From the sequence record DRR378314_948: a DNA stretch of 36,844 nucleotides; one strand, 5' to 3'. Both the position numbers and the translations under genes were made by a program. A model generated the notes under the pieces. That model had not been told where the DNA came from. It was given only the letters and a program-made list of their open reading frames with translations, and did not search any database. The stretch's first letter is position 1; each line of letters starts with the position of its first letter. Below are positions 7,542-18,219 of this stretch, in pieces.

Positions 7542-9566
7542 TTGACCCTTAAGCGCCAACTCTTTATTGCCAGCCTGCTGATGTTGCTGATTCCCTGGGC
7601 GGGCCTTCAATTCGTGCTGGAACTGGACCAGGCCCTGCGAGACCAGGCCGCCCGGCAACTGCAAAACCAGGCCCACCGCACGGCTGGCCTTGCAACGGAG
7701 CAGCTGAAGGGAAGCCCGGCGGTTGAACCTGGCGCCCGCGTGATTTACGCCGATCTGCTGTCACGCACGCCCAACCTGGACGGTTACGGCGATGACTGGC
7801 CGGGGTACGATGAGGAAGAGTCCCGTCAGCAGTGGCAGAGTACCCAGCAAGTCAACGATGGCGGTGGCCCGGAGGTATCCTGGCAGGCGGCCGTGAACAG
7901 CAACCACCTCTACCTACTGATCCGCGTCAGCGGCAGGACGGCGGACTTTTTCAATCCTGGCAACCCCGGCCGGCCCCATGATCAGATAGAGCTTTACTTC
8001 ATCGACGACCATCAGACTACCCGGCGCCTTATCCGTACCCAGGCACCGGGGGCCATCAACGCCATTGAAGCCGGACGCGACGGGTCGACGGACTATCGCA
8101 TCAGCGGCTACTGGCAAGCAGTCAGTAATGGCTATCAGGCTGAACTGAGAGTCCCCCGGCCTGCTCCATCGGCCGGTTTTGGATTCCAGGTAACATGGCC
8201 AAGAGAACAGACCTCCGCTACGGGTACCGAACGCGTCGTTGCCGGTCCTGCCTCGGCGACGCTCGTCACCCAGTTGCCACAACTTGAAAGCCGTCTTGAG
8301 GCGATGATCGCTCCCGGCCAGGGCGCCTGGGTTCTGGAGCCGGACGGCTGGGTGATTGCGCGCCAGACGCGGGATTCCGAAACCAGCGAGCCGGCGTTCG
8401 ACAGCCTGAGCCCGCTCCAGATCCTTGAGCGCATCAGCCTGAATGGTCTGCGGGCTCTGGTGCGCTTCTACCAACCGGATCCCGTCCCCGTGGACGACAA
8501 CACTCACCGCATGGACGCCGAAGCCCTGCCGACCCAGGGACTGGTTCGTCATCGGGAAGGCGACACCTTCATGCTGGTAAAGCAGCCTCTGGAAGATGGC
8601 CGTACGCTGGTGCTGGAAGAGTCCCTGGACCAGTTGCTGGCCCTCTCTGGAAGCACATTGGGCTCAGTGATCGCCCGCAGCGTGCTGTTGATCATTGGCC
8701 TGATGCTGGTGCTGCTGGGTTACGCGAGTTGGCTGTCGTGGCGCATCACCCGCCTGCAACGGGCCGTAAGTGCCAGTATTGACGAGGACGGCCGCGTGTT
8801 GGGCACTCTGCCTCCGGCGAAAGCAAAGGACGAACTGGGGGACCTGTCGCGACAGTTCAGCCATATGGTGGATCGTCTGCAGGGGTACACGGATTACCTG
8901 GAAGGCTTTTCCCGGCGCCTGTCCCACGAGCTGAAAACGCCCGTCGCCGTGGTGCGCTCATCCCTTGAGAACCTGAGCCACACGACCGACCCAACCGAGC
9001 AGGCCAGTTACATCGAGCGAGCCCGGTCGGCCACCGACCGCCTGAGCCAGATCCTGCAGGGCATGAGCGAGGCTGCGCGGCTGGAACAGAGCTTCGACCA
9101 CGCCGAGAAGGAAACCTTTGACCTGGCCGAAGTGGCCTCTCAGACCGTGCAGGCCTATCAGGCGCTGGATCAGGACCATCGCATCCACTATGCGGGCCCC
9201 GCCAATGGCTGCTCCTGCCACGGCTCGCCGGAACTGCTGGTGCAGCTGCTGGACAAACTGGTGGACAATGCACGCGACTTCACCCCGGCGCAGGGCAGGA
9301 TTGAAGTACGGCTGAAGCAGGACGCAAGATACCTCGAACTGAGCGTGTTCAACGAGGGTTCCTCCCTGCCTGAGAACCTTGCCAGCGATATTTTCAGTCC
9401 TTTTGTTTCGGTGCGAACCGGCCAACAGGAAGGGCACCTGGGCCAGGGCCTGTTGATTGTGAGACTGATTGCCGAGCACCACAACGGCCAGGTGATGGCG
9501 AGCAACGACAAGGAGGGCGTGCGCTTTACGGTGCTGTTGCCGTCCAAACCCCGACCTGAGTCTTAA
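7542..9566 (+). CDS. pdsS: Sensor histidine kinase of the proteobacterial dedicated sortase system
   Basis: TTG start; two TMs flanking a large periplasmic region; HAMP (DELGDLSRQF), H-box LSHELKTP, N-box LVDNARDF, G-box HLGQGL. Confidence 0.88.
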   Translation: MTLKRQLFIASLLMLLIPWAGLQFVLELDQALRDQAARQLQNQAHRTAGLATEQLKGSPAVEPGARVIYADLLSRTPNLDGYGDDWPGYDEEESRQQWQSTQQVNDGGGPEVSWQAAVNSNHLYLLIRVSGRTADFFNPGNPGRPHDQIELYFIDDHQTTRRLIRTQAPGAINAIEAGRDGSTDYRISGYWQAVSNGYQAELRVPRPAPSAGFGFQVTWPREQTSATGTERVVAGPASATLVTQLPQLESRLEAMIAPGQGAWVLEPDGWVIARQTRDSETSEPAFDSLSPLQILERISLNGLRALVRFYQPDPVPVDDNTHRMDAEALPTQGLVRHREGDTFMLVKQPLEDGRTLVLEESLDQLLALSGSTLGSVIARSVLLIIGLMLVLLGYASWLSWRITRLQRAVSASIDEDGRVLGTLPPAKAKDELGDLSRQFSHMVDRLQGYTDYLEGFSRRLSHELKTPVAVVRSSLENLSHTTDPTEQASYIERARSATDRLSQILQGMSEAARLEQSFDHAEKETFDLAEVASQTVQAYQALDQDHRIHYAGPANGCSCHGSPELLVQLLDKLVDNARDFTPAQGRIEVRLKQDARYLELSVFNEGSSLPENLASDIFSPFVSVRTGQQEGHLGQGLLIVRLIAEHHNGQVMASNDKEGVRFTVLLPSKPRPES

Positions 9567-9661
9567 GCCACAAGTCGTCTTTCGGAAGCGCTCGCAAGCC
9601 TTTATCGTTCTGGTACAGGCCAATCAGGCGCCGGCCACGCCTAACGTCAAAGGACCAAGTC

Positions 9662-10972
9662 TTGAACCCGCCGCTCACAAAGCTGGATTTGCACCCTCTC
9701 CGGGCAGAGCTCTACAACGAACTGCATTCCCGGCCGTTCCACGTGCTGCCATGCCCGGCGCAGGTTACCCACATTGCCCTGCTCACCACTCCCGAGCAGC
9801 GCGCCGCCCAGTTCCGCCACTGGCAGGACCTGCATATCATGCTGGGACAATCCGAGCCCCTGGAAGATGTCAGCTGCTACGAGGCCACCTTCGGCTCCCT
9901 GCGTATACGGCGCGAAATGCACATGGAGTTTGCCTCCTACACCTTTATCAATCTGGGCATCGGGGATGACCATCACCCCTTCCAGGACACCGGTATCTCG
10001 TCGCTGCCTAAAGGTTGGCTCGAAAAACTCACCGGCACCGTAGTGGCGGCGTTTCATATTGACCTGCAACAAGCCTCGAACGGCCCGGAAACCGACCTGT
10101 CGCAAATTCGTCACTGGTTCGAGGGTGAACGGCTGGTGGGCAGCAGCCCCTGGGAAGGGAAGGCCCGGGTGTGGGGCACCTTCAGGCTCCATAGCGAAGG
10201 CTTTGGCCGCTTCATGGTCCTAAACCGGGACATGTCCGACAGCCAGCTTGGCCGACTGACCCAACGCTTGATGGAAATCGAGACCTACCGCCTGATGTCA
10301 CTACTGGCGCTGCCTCTGGCGCGAGAGATGACGCCCTCGCTGAACGACATGGACCAGCAACTGGCAGTGATCACCCAGTCCCTGGCGGATAACCAGGATA
10401 TCGATGAGCGTGAGGTGTTGGCGGACCTGACCAACATCGCGGCCCGAATCGAGGCCTTCCGCGCCCACGCCACCTTCCGCTTCTCCGCCACTCGCGCCTA
10501 TCACCAGCTGGTACTCACACGGCTGGAAGAACTGCGGGAAGATGAGTTGTCCGGGCACCTCACCATCACCGAGTTTATGACCCGGCGGCTGACACCGGCG
10601 GTCGAAACCTGCGAATCGGTGAAGGAGCGCCTGGAGGATCTTTCCCGGCGTGTGGACCGCGCCTCCGACATGGTGCGCACCCGGGTGGAACTGGCGATCC
10701 AGAGCCAGAACCAGCAGTTGTTGAGTTCCATGGACCGGCGCTCAAAAATCCAGCTAATGATGCAGCACACGGTGGAAGGGTTTTCCGTGGTGGTCATCAG
10801 CTACTACCTGCTGGCGCTGCTGAAGCTCGCTCTGGAATCCGCCGACGACGCCGGGTTCGACGTCAATACCTCGCTGGTGCTGGGCATCGCCATACCCATC
10901 GTACTCAGCCTTGTGTTCATTGGTGTGCGGATGATCCATCACCGGTTTATCAGACTGGCACGGCGCCAATAA
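9662..10972 (+). CDS. DUF3422 family membrane-anchored protein
   Basis: HPLRAELYNELHSRP, RLTQRLMEIETYRLMSLL and QHTVEGFSVVVISYY motifs; two C-terminal TMs. Confidence 0.85.
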   Translation: MNPPLTKLDLHPLRAELYNELHSRPFHVLPCPAQVTHIALLTTPEQRAAQFRHWQDLHIMLGQSEPLEDVSCYEATFGSLRIRREMHMEFASYTFINLGIGDDHHPFQDTGISSLPKGWLEKLTGTVVAAFHIDLQQASNGPETDLSQIRHWFEGERLVGSSPWEGKARVWGTFRLHSEGFGRFMVLNRDMSDSQLGRLTQRLMEIETYRLMSLLALPLAREMTPSLNDMDQQLAVITQSLADNQDIDEREVLADLTNIAARIEAFRAHATFRFSATRAYHQLVLTRLEELREDELSGHLTITEFMTRRLTPAVETCESVKERLEDLSRRVDRASDMVRTRVELAIQSQNQQLLSSMDRRSKIQLMMQHTVEGFSVVVISYYLLALLKLALESADDAGFDVNTSLVLGIAIPIVLSLVFIGVRMIHHRFIRLARRQ

Positions 10973-10980
10973 CCGGCGGT

Positions 10981-11769
10981 CTAGCCATCAAATTCGTCGG
11001 TGTCGCCGGCAAACTGTCGGTAGAACTGTTGCGCCGTGCGGCCGTTGCGGGCACCCCGGCTGGTGGCGAAACGGATGGCTTCGCGATGCAATGCCTCGCG
11101 GTCATTCACCTTGGGAAACAGTGCATCAATGGCCTGCAGGTAAACGTCTTGGGGGAAGCCGTAGAACGACAATTGCAGGCCAAACCGGTCCGCCAGGGAG
11201 ACCTGCTCCTCAATGGCTTCAGCGGGGTGCAGTTCGCCTCCGCGCATCTCGCTTTTCAGGTTGTCGTCCATGAATTCCGGCATCAGGTGACGACGATTGG
11301 AGGTGGCGTACACCCGAACGTTCTCCGGCGGCAGTTCCAGCGAGCCTTCCAGAACACTCTTCAGAGCCTTGTAACCGGACTCACCCACTTCGAAGGACAG
11401 GTCGTCGCAGAAAATCACGAAGCGCCACGGCAGTTCGGCAATGTCGTCGACAATTTCAGGCAGATTAACCAGGTCGTCCTTGTCCACCTCGATCATCCGT
11501 AGCCCCCGCTCCCGGTAACGGTTAAGCAGCGCCTTGATCAGCGATGACTTGCCGGTGCCCCGGGCGCCCCAGAGCAGGGAATTGTTGGAGGGCTCACCGG
11601 CCAGGAAGCGTTCAGTGTTGCGGGCCAGAGCCGCCTGCTGTCGCTCGATGCCGGTCAGGTCGGCCCAACCCACGGGATCGAACCGCCGGATGGCCCGCAG
11701 CCCCTGACGATGGCGGCGCCACACGGCGGCGGGCGTCTCTGCCCAGTTGATGGCATGATCTGTCGACAT
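10981..11769 (-). CDS. DUF815 family AAA+ ATPase
   Basis: Walker A GARGTGKS, Walker B FVIFCDDLSF, YATSNRRHL and SLADRFGL; start set at ATG 11769. Confidence 0.9.
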   Translation of the reverse strand: MSTDHAINWAETPAAVWRRHRQGLRAIRRFDPVGWADLTGIERQQAALARNTERFLAGEPSNNSLLWGARGTGKSSLIKALLNRYRERGLRMIEVDKDDLVNLPEIVDDIAELPWRFVIFCDDLSFEVGESGYKALKSVLEGSLELPPENVRVYATSNRRHLMPEFMDDNLKSEMRGGELHPAEAIEEQVSLADRFGLQLSFYGFPQDVYLQAIDALFPKVNDREALHREAIRFATSRGARNGRTAQQFYRQFAGDTDEFDG

Positions 11770-11859
11770 AACACCTATTTCCTGTTCCGCGTTTATCACG
11801 AATATGAAACACTGAAGTCCAATACCGGACACCACCCCAAAAAGGAGACTTTACCGCAA

Positions 11860-12300
11860 ATGGCCGTTAAATCCGTCGCTCTGGTCGCCCACGATAACAA
11901 GAAGAGAGAACTGGTGGACTGGGTTGCCGAAAACCAGACCCGTTTTGCCTCGCTCCGGCTTTACGCCTCCGGCACCACTGGCCGGCTGTTGAAGGAGAAC
12001 CTGGGAAGGGACGACATCGTGTGCCTGCTCAGCGGCCCGCTCGGGGGCGACCAGCAAATTGGCGCGAAAATCGCGGAAGGCGAAATAGACCTGTTGGTGT
12101 TCTTCTGGGATCCGTTGGAGCCCCAGCCCCACGATCCGGATATCAAAGCCCTGCTGCGCATCGCCGCGTTATGGAACATTCCTGTCGCCTGCAACCGGGC
12201 CACCGCCGAGTTCATCCTGACGTCCGCCTATATGACGGATGATCAGCACCAACCGCAAAGGCCGGATTTCTCCAGTTACACCGGCCGCTCGGTCAACTGA
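11860..12300 (+). CDS. mgsA: Methylglyoxal synthase
   Basis: ALVAHDNKK, SGTTG, SGPLGGDQQIGA and FFWDPLEPQPHDPDIKALLR; RBS AAGGAG upstream of ATG 11860. Confidence 0.96.
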   Translation: MAVKSVALVAHDNKKRELVDWVAENQTRFASLRLYASGTTGRLLKENLGRDDIVCLLSGPLGGDQQIGAKIAEGEIDLLVFFWDPLEPQPHDPDIKALLRIAALWNIPVACNRATAEFILTSAYMTDDQHQPQRPDFSSYTGRSVN

Positions 12301-13018
12301 GCGGCTTTCTGGCCAGGAACACCGTGTTGGTGGACTCCCGGTTCTGGAACGGGTTATAGAACGACACCACCTTCGCGTCCACATCCGCGAACAGTGTTCT
12401 CAACACCGCCATGAACGGCTCGTCCGGCGGGTCGTTGGACCACATGGCGAAGACGCCGCCAGGACGCAGGTGAGCCGCCATTTTCCCTAAACTCTCGGCG
12501 TTGTAGAAACTGGCATTGGACGCATTCAGGAGGGCCCTTGGGGAATGATCAATGTCCAGCAGGATGGCGTCAAACAGCTTTTCCGGAGACTGGGGATCAA
12601 AACCCGCTTCCGAGACCGCGAGCTCAAAGAAGCTCCCCAGCACATAGCGGCAGCGCGGGTCGGCATTCAACACCTTGCCCAACGGGACCTTTTCCTGCTG
12701 GTGCCAGTGAATAACGGTATCCAGGGCATCCACAACCAGCAGTTCACTCACCCGGTCATGTTTGAGGGCCGCTTCCGCGGTGTATCCCAGCCCGAGGCCG
12801 CCGACGACCACCTTCAGCTGTTCGCCCTCAACGGCCTCCAGGCCCAGATCCGCGAGCGCGACTTCCGCGTCCACAAACATACTGGACATGAGGAATTCCT
12901 CACCCAGCTTCACCTCGTAGATATCACGGTCACCCAGTGCCGGAATCCGACGACGACGTAGCGTAATTTCTCCCAATGATGAGGGTTGGCTGTCGATCTG
13001 TTCAAACAAAAGGCCCAT
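12293..13018 (-). CDS. Spermidine synthase-like class I SAM-dependent methyltransferase-fold protein
   Basis: VVVGGLGLGYT SAM-binding loop, FDAILLDIDHSP and LRPGGVFAMWS; start set at ATG 13018. Confidence 0.8.
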   Translation of the reverse strand: MGLLFEQIDSQPSSLGEITLRRRRIPALGDRDIYEVKLGEEFLMSSMFVDAEVALADLGLEAVEGEQLKVVVGGLGLGYTAEAALKHDRVSELLVVDALDTVIHWHQQEKVPLGKVLNADPRCRYVLGSFFELAVSEAGFDPQSPEKLFDAILLDIDHSPRALLNASNASFYNAESLGKMAAHLRPGGVFAMWSNDPPDEPFMAVLRTLFADVDAKVVSFYNPFQNRESTNTVFLARKPLS

Positions 13019-13150
13019 GATGCTTCCATTAACGTGCTGGCGATGCGCCATCCTACCACCCCACACCGACTATGGCAGGCCGAAGGCCGTATTCTCATTG
13101 GGCAAATATCCCGCTAACGACTACACTCATTTACCAATGACCATCGAATT

Positions 13151-16084
13151 GTGAACCACCCGATGAGCGCTGGAATTGCCTGGCCGAGGCCATCTCTGAC
13201 CACACTGTTTGCTCGCCTTTATGCGGTGCTGGTGGTCACCTTACTGTCAACACCTGCGTGGCCATCCGTCAAAGAGACCATCTCTGTTGGCATTGTTGCC
13301 GACAACACACCCTATACGTCCATCAAGGGCCGTACGCCCTCCGGTTTTTCCGTTGACGTGCTGAGGGAAGTGGCCGGGCAATCCGGTCTGAAGTTGGAGT
13401 TCCGGGCGGGCAGTTGGCCAGAGGTGTTGGGGGCCTTCCTCCGAGGCGAAATTGATGTGGTTGAAGGCATTTCCTACCGCGAAGATCGAGCTAAAACCAT
13501 ACAGTTCACCAAGCCTTACCACACTCGCCAGACCTACCTGATGCATGACCCGGTCAACCCGTTGGAGGACATAAGCTCGCTGGACGCGCTCACCGATTAC
13601 CGTATCGGCGTCGTCCGTGACGTTTATTATCGAGATGTTCTGAACGATGCCGATGTGCCATTCGCCACCTACGACTCCATTCCCGGACTGGTACGGGCCC
13701 TGGCCTTCGGCTGGGTAGATGGCATTATCGGGCCGGAATTGACCCTGAAATATTACGCCAACCGGGCCGGTTTCCGGTTCCTGGAAATCGCAGGCCCCGC
13801 ACCGCTGGGAAAGTGGTCTGGCGAAGACTTTCGCCTTGGTGTCCTGAAAGGCAACGATGAACTGTTCGAACGAATCAGCGACGGCCTCGCAGCGGTCCCC
13901 GAGAGCCGCATTGAGGAACTTTATGAACGCTGGCAGGAGTATGGCGGGGCCAGTATCGCGGAGCCGTCGGGTTTTACCCTCAGCGATTCCCACCAACGCT
14001 ACATCAACGAGCTCGGACCTTTGCGGGTGGGGTTCATGGCGGACTACGCGCCTTTCAGTTTCCGCGACGCAGGTACGCTGCAAGGGCTGTCCGTCGATGT
14101 GCTGAACCGGATATCCGATCTGACCGGCCTGCAAATCGTGCCAGTACCGGGCCAATGGTCAGAACTCTACCCCAGATTCCTGGATCGTGACATCGACATC
14201 ATGGTCAATATCTCGAAAACAGAAGAGCGAGAGGATGCCATTCGGTTCACCAGGCCTTATCACATCATTCCCAACGTCGCCTTCACATTGGATGACGATC
14301 TGCAATTCACCACCCCGAAGGACCTACAGGGGCTCAATGTCGCAATCGGCTCGGGCATCTACTACGAAGGCCCCTTGCGTGAGGCGCTGGAGGACAATGT
14401 GTTCTCCTTCTCCTCGCAACAGGCCATGTTCCAGGCGCTGGCAGAGGGGTCAGTCGATGTTGCCTTCGCGGCCCTCCCCAATGGCAACTACTGGGTGAGG
14501 GAGCTTCGTATTCCCGGAGTGAAGATTGCCGGCGAAATGACCCTTGGGGGTATTCCCGGGGAAGACCTGCGTTTCGGTGTTCGCCCGGCCCTTGAACCGC
14601 TCGCGTCCATTATGGATGCCGCACTCGGTGCTATCAGCCCGACGGAAATGCGCACCATCGAAAACCGCTGGCTCGGTGCCTCTGCCCATCGTCACCGGCC
14701 ACCTGCCGGCGGACCATTAACCTTCTCCGATGCCGAACAGGCCTGGCTGGCCGATCGCAACCGAAAACTGACCATCTGCGTTGATCCTGACTGGCTTCCC
14801 CTCGAGGGGCTCAACGAAGACGGTGAGCACATCGGCGTTTCCGCCGACATTTTCGCTCTGTTTGCCGAACGCTCCAATATTAGGTTCACCCCCCTTCCCG
14901 TGGATCGCTGGGCCGAGTCCATACAGGCCGCCCAAAAGCGCCAATGCGATCTGCTTTCCATGGCCATGGAAACACCGGAACGGCTTGACTACCTGAGTTT
15001 CACAGAGCCCTACACTCGAATCCCCAGTGTACTGTTGGGACGTGTCGAGACGCCATTTATCAATACCTTGGACGACATGGAGGACCGTCCCATTGGCGTG
15101 GTGAAGGAATACGCATTTCTTGAGCTTTTGCAAACGACCAATCCCGGCCTCAACCTGGTGGAAGTGCCCAGCGAAAAGGAGGGACTGCGCATGGTTCAGG
15201 AACGACAGCTCGCGGGCTATCTGGGTACCCTTTCAACAGCCAGCTACAACATGCAGGAGCTCGGCCTGGCGGATCTCAAGGTACTCGGGCGGATTCCAGC
15301 GGATTGGACTCTGAGTGTCGCCACCCGGAACGACGAACCCGAGCTGCTGAACATCATGCAAAAACTGGTGGCCAGCCTGACAGACGCAGAGCTAAAAACC
15401 ATCGAACAGCAATGGGCGGGCCTCAAGCTGGAACCGACCGTGGACTATACCCTGATGTTCCAGTTGACCATCGGTGCCGTGGTGATCCTTGGCCTGCTGT
15501 TCTACTGGAACCGCCAACTTGGCTTGCTGAACCGTAAACTGGCGGCAGCCAACGATCGCCTCGCCCATTTAAGCGTGACGGATGATCTGACACAGATCGG
15601 CAATCGCAGTTATTTCGACCGGGAGTTCAGCAAGAGCTTCCATTGGTGTCAGAGGCACGGAGCCGGATTTGCGGTTGCCATGGTCGATGCGGACCATTTC
15701 AAGGAGATAAACGACACCCACGGCCACGACGCAGGCGACCACTGCCTGGTCGCATTGGCGGATACCATGCGCAGCCATTTTCGACGCGAGACCGACCGTC
15801 TTACCCGGTTCGGAGGCGAGGAGTTCGTCATCTTCACCAGCTTCAGCGATCGTGATGAGCTGGTCTCACGGCTGGAAGGATTCCGTGAGGGCCTGGCCCG
15901 GCAAACCACCACCTGCAACGGTGAACCCATCCGCTTTACCGTGAGCATTGGCCTGGTCACCGGTACACCCGGAAAAGATACCGTGCCGGCGGAATTCCTC
16001 AGGTTGGCTGACAAAGCGCTGTACCTGGCCAAGCAGAACGGACGCAATCGCCTGGAAACCCTGAAGGTCGATGATTCTGACTGA
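13151..16084 (+). CDS. Diguanylate cyclase with three periplasmic substrate-binding (SBP_bac_3-like) domains
   Basis: Signal/TM segment, three repeated PBP units (P.S...G.SVDVL...F T.PY), TM near residue 775, then GGDEF domain with DADHFK.IND..GH..GD, RETD I-site and GGEEF; start may be ATG 13163. Confidence 0.92.
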   Translation: MNHPMSAGIAWPRPSLTTLFARLYAVLVVTLLSTPAWPSVKETISVGIVADNTPYTSIKGRTPSGFSVDVLREVAGQSGLKLEFRAGSWPEVLGAFLRGEIDVVEGISYREDRAKTIQFTKPYHTRQTYLMHDPVNPLEDISSLDALTDYRIGVVRDVYYRDVLNDADVPFATYDSIPGLVRALAFGWVDGIIGPELTLKYYANRAGFRFLEIAGPAPLGKWSGEDFRLGVLKGNDELFERISDGLAAVPESRIEELYERWQEYGGASIAEPSGFTLSDSHQRYINELGPLRVGFMADYAPFSFRDAGTLQGLSVDVLNRISDLTGLQIVPVPGQWSELYPRFLDRDIDIMVNISKTEEREDAIRFTRPYHIIPNVAFTLDDDLQFTTPKDLQGLNVAIGSGIYYEGPLREALEDNVFSFSSQQAMFQALAEGSVDVAFAALPNGNYWVRELRIPGVKIAGEMTLGGIPGEDLRFGVRPALEPLASIMDAALGAISPTEMRTIENRWLGASAHRHRPPAGGPLTFSDAEQAWLADRNRKLTICVDPDWLPLEGLNEDGEHIGVSADIFALFAERSNIRFTPLPVDRWAESIQAAQKRQCDLLSMAMETPERLDYLSFTEPYTRIPSVLLGRVETPFINTLDDMEDRPIGVVKEYAFLELLQTTNPGLNLVEVPSEKEGLRMVQERQLAGYLGTLSTASYNMQELGLADLKVLGRIPADWTLSVATRNDEPELLNIMQKLVASLTDAELKTIEQQWAGLKLEPTVDYTLMFQLTIGAVVILGLLFYWNRQLGLLNRKLAAANDRLAHLSVTDDLTQIGNRSYFDREFSKSFHWCQRHGAGFAVAMVDADHFKEINDTHGHDAGDHCLVALADTMRSHFRRETDRLTRFGGEEFVIFTSFSDRDELVSRLEGFREGLARQTTTCNGEPIRFTVSIGLVTGTPGKDTVPAEFLRLADKALYLAKQNGRNRLETLKVDDSD

Positions 16085-16156
16085 CGTTCAGGCAGCCAAG
16101 CAGGGCTGGCTGATGCTATCCTTTCGCGACAAGGAAAACGCAAAGGAGACAACACC

Positions 16157-17128
<972 letters not shown>

Positions 17129-17155
17129 TACGGTAGGTCGTACAGAGAGGCGTAT

Positions 17156-17190
17156 AAAAAGCCCGGGGCCAGAATCGCCCCGGGTTTTTT
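17156..17190. terminator. Bidirectional rho-independent terminator between cysK and the OM barrel gene
   Basis: AAAAA-GCCCGGGGC-cagaatc-GCCCCGGGT-TTTTT between convergent genes. Confidence 0.88.
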
Positions 17191-17202
17191 CAGGTGCACA
17201 CA

Positions 17203-17781
17203 TTAGAACTGGAAGCGCATACCAACCCGGCCGGTATCGAAGTCCGGTCCGTCATTGGTGACCTGGCCGTTGAAGTCGTCTTCGTCGATATCAACGTTGT
17301 AGCGGTTGTATTCCGCAAACGCTGTCAATTGTTCGGTGACCCGGAAATCCACACCGGCACCGACAAAGGGATTGACCTCGTCGTAGGTCTCGCTTTCGTC
17401 AAACGCATCTACATCGAACGACGATGCAAAGGCACCGGCTTTGGCGTAAACACCAAAGGTATCGGTTACCGGCAGCCGCCCGATCAGTCCGAGGGAGGTA
17501 CCCTTCAGCTTGCCATCGACGTCATCATCGCCAAAGTTGCCGAAATCGATGTATTCCGCTTCCAGCGCAAAGAACGAGTTGAACTGGTAGCCCAACCCTA
17601 CGCCGAACAGATCGTTCTCGTCGTCGAACTCTCCGCCGTGGGCTTTGTAGCCACCGTAACTGCCGCTCAGATACACACCGGAATTATCGCGGTCGGTGTT
17701 GTCCTGGGCCCAGACAACCGGGGCGGCCAACATGGCCGAGGTCAGAATCGTTACATAGGCAAAACCGGATTTGTAGCTCAT
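17203..17781 (-). CDS. Outer-membrane beta-barrel protein (OmpA-like transmembrane/porin family)
   Basis: Signal peptide ending VWA-Q, alternating beta strands (GLGYQFN..FALEAEY.DFG), C-terminal Phe (GMRFQF). Confidence 0.88.
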   Translation of the reverse strand: MSYKSGFAYVTILTSAMLAAPVVWAQDNTDRDNSGVYLSGSYGGYKAHGGEFDDENDLFGVGLGYQFNSFFALEAEYIDFGNFGDDDVDGKLKGTSLGLIGRLPVTDTFGVYAKAGAFASSFDVDAFDESETYDEVNPFVGAGVDFRVTEQLTAFAEYNRYNVDIDEDDFNGQVTNDGPDFDTGRVGMRFQF

Positions 17782-17931
17782 ATCGCATCCATCCTTACTG
17801 AGTTCGGAAATTGTGTTTTCCTATTGGATTAACCGGTAAAGCTTCATACCGATTACCTGAACTCAGGCTACCTACAAATTGGCGGGATGTGGGTTAAATG
17901 CACAATACGGTCTGTTCACCTGCATTTCATG

Positions 17932-18219
17932 TTATTTAATGTCAGCTTCACAACTTTTCGGAGTGCTTGCGTATTTCAGGGATGCTTCGAGGCCGGCAGC
18001 CACCAGCGATACGCTGCGATAGGAGAAACGGGAAACGCCATGGTGAATCGTGCGCACACGCTCACTCCAGGGCCGGGTCAGCGGCACCCGTTTCAAAATA
18101 TCAAAGGTCTCATCCGCGATGGACAGATGAACACGCTCCACCTTGAGAGCGCCGTGATTGAGGCCGCTGGCTGTTATATCGGCAACGCCAGCCCACCAAT
18201 TGCGATGATGTCCGCTCAC
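17932..18219 (-). CDS. Small hypothetical protein translationally coupled to the lipase gene
   Basis: GTG at 18219 overlaps the lipase TGA (GTGA) and follows AAGGAG; amphipathic helical sequence. Confidence 0.6.
   Translation of the reverse strand: MSGHHRNWWAGVADITASGLNHGALKVERVHLSIADETFDILKRVPLTRPWSERVRTIHHGVSRFSYRSVSLVAAGLEASLKYASTPKSCEADIK

Noticed and set aside
4470-11769. vWA target and DUF815 ATPase as a MoxR-vWA chaperone pair
   Set aside because: The vWA protein is exported, DUF815 is not a MoxR-type ATPase, and the genes are not adjacent
12293-13018. Spermidine-synthase-like gene as part of the PspA/YjfI system (polyamine genes accompany some pspA loci)
   Set aside because: About 10 kb from the module with unrelated genes between; no evidence of linkage
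13247-14155. 302-aa minus-strand ORF and similar shadows (5424-6260, 28730-29560, 25378-26055, 17194-17832)
   Set aside because: Fully overlap well-supported genes on the opposite strand and lack recognisable features
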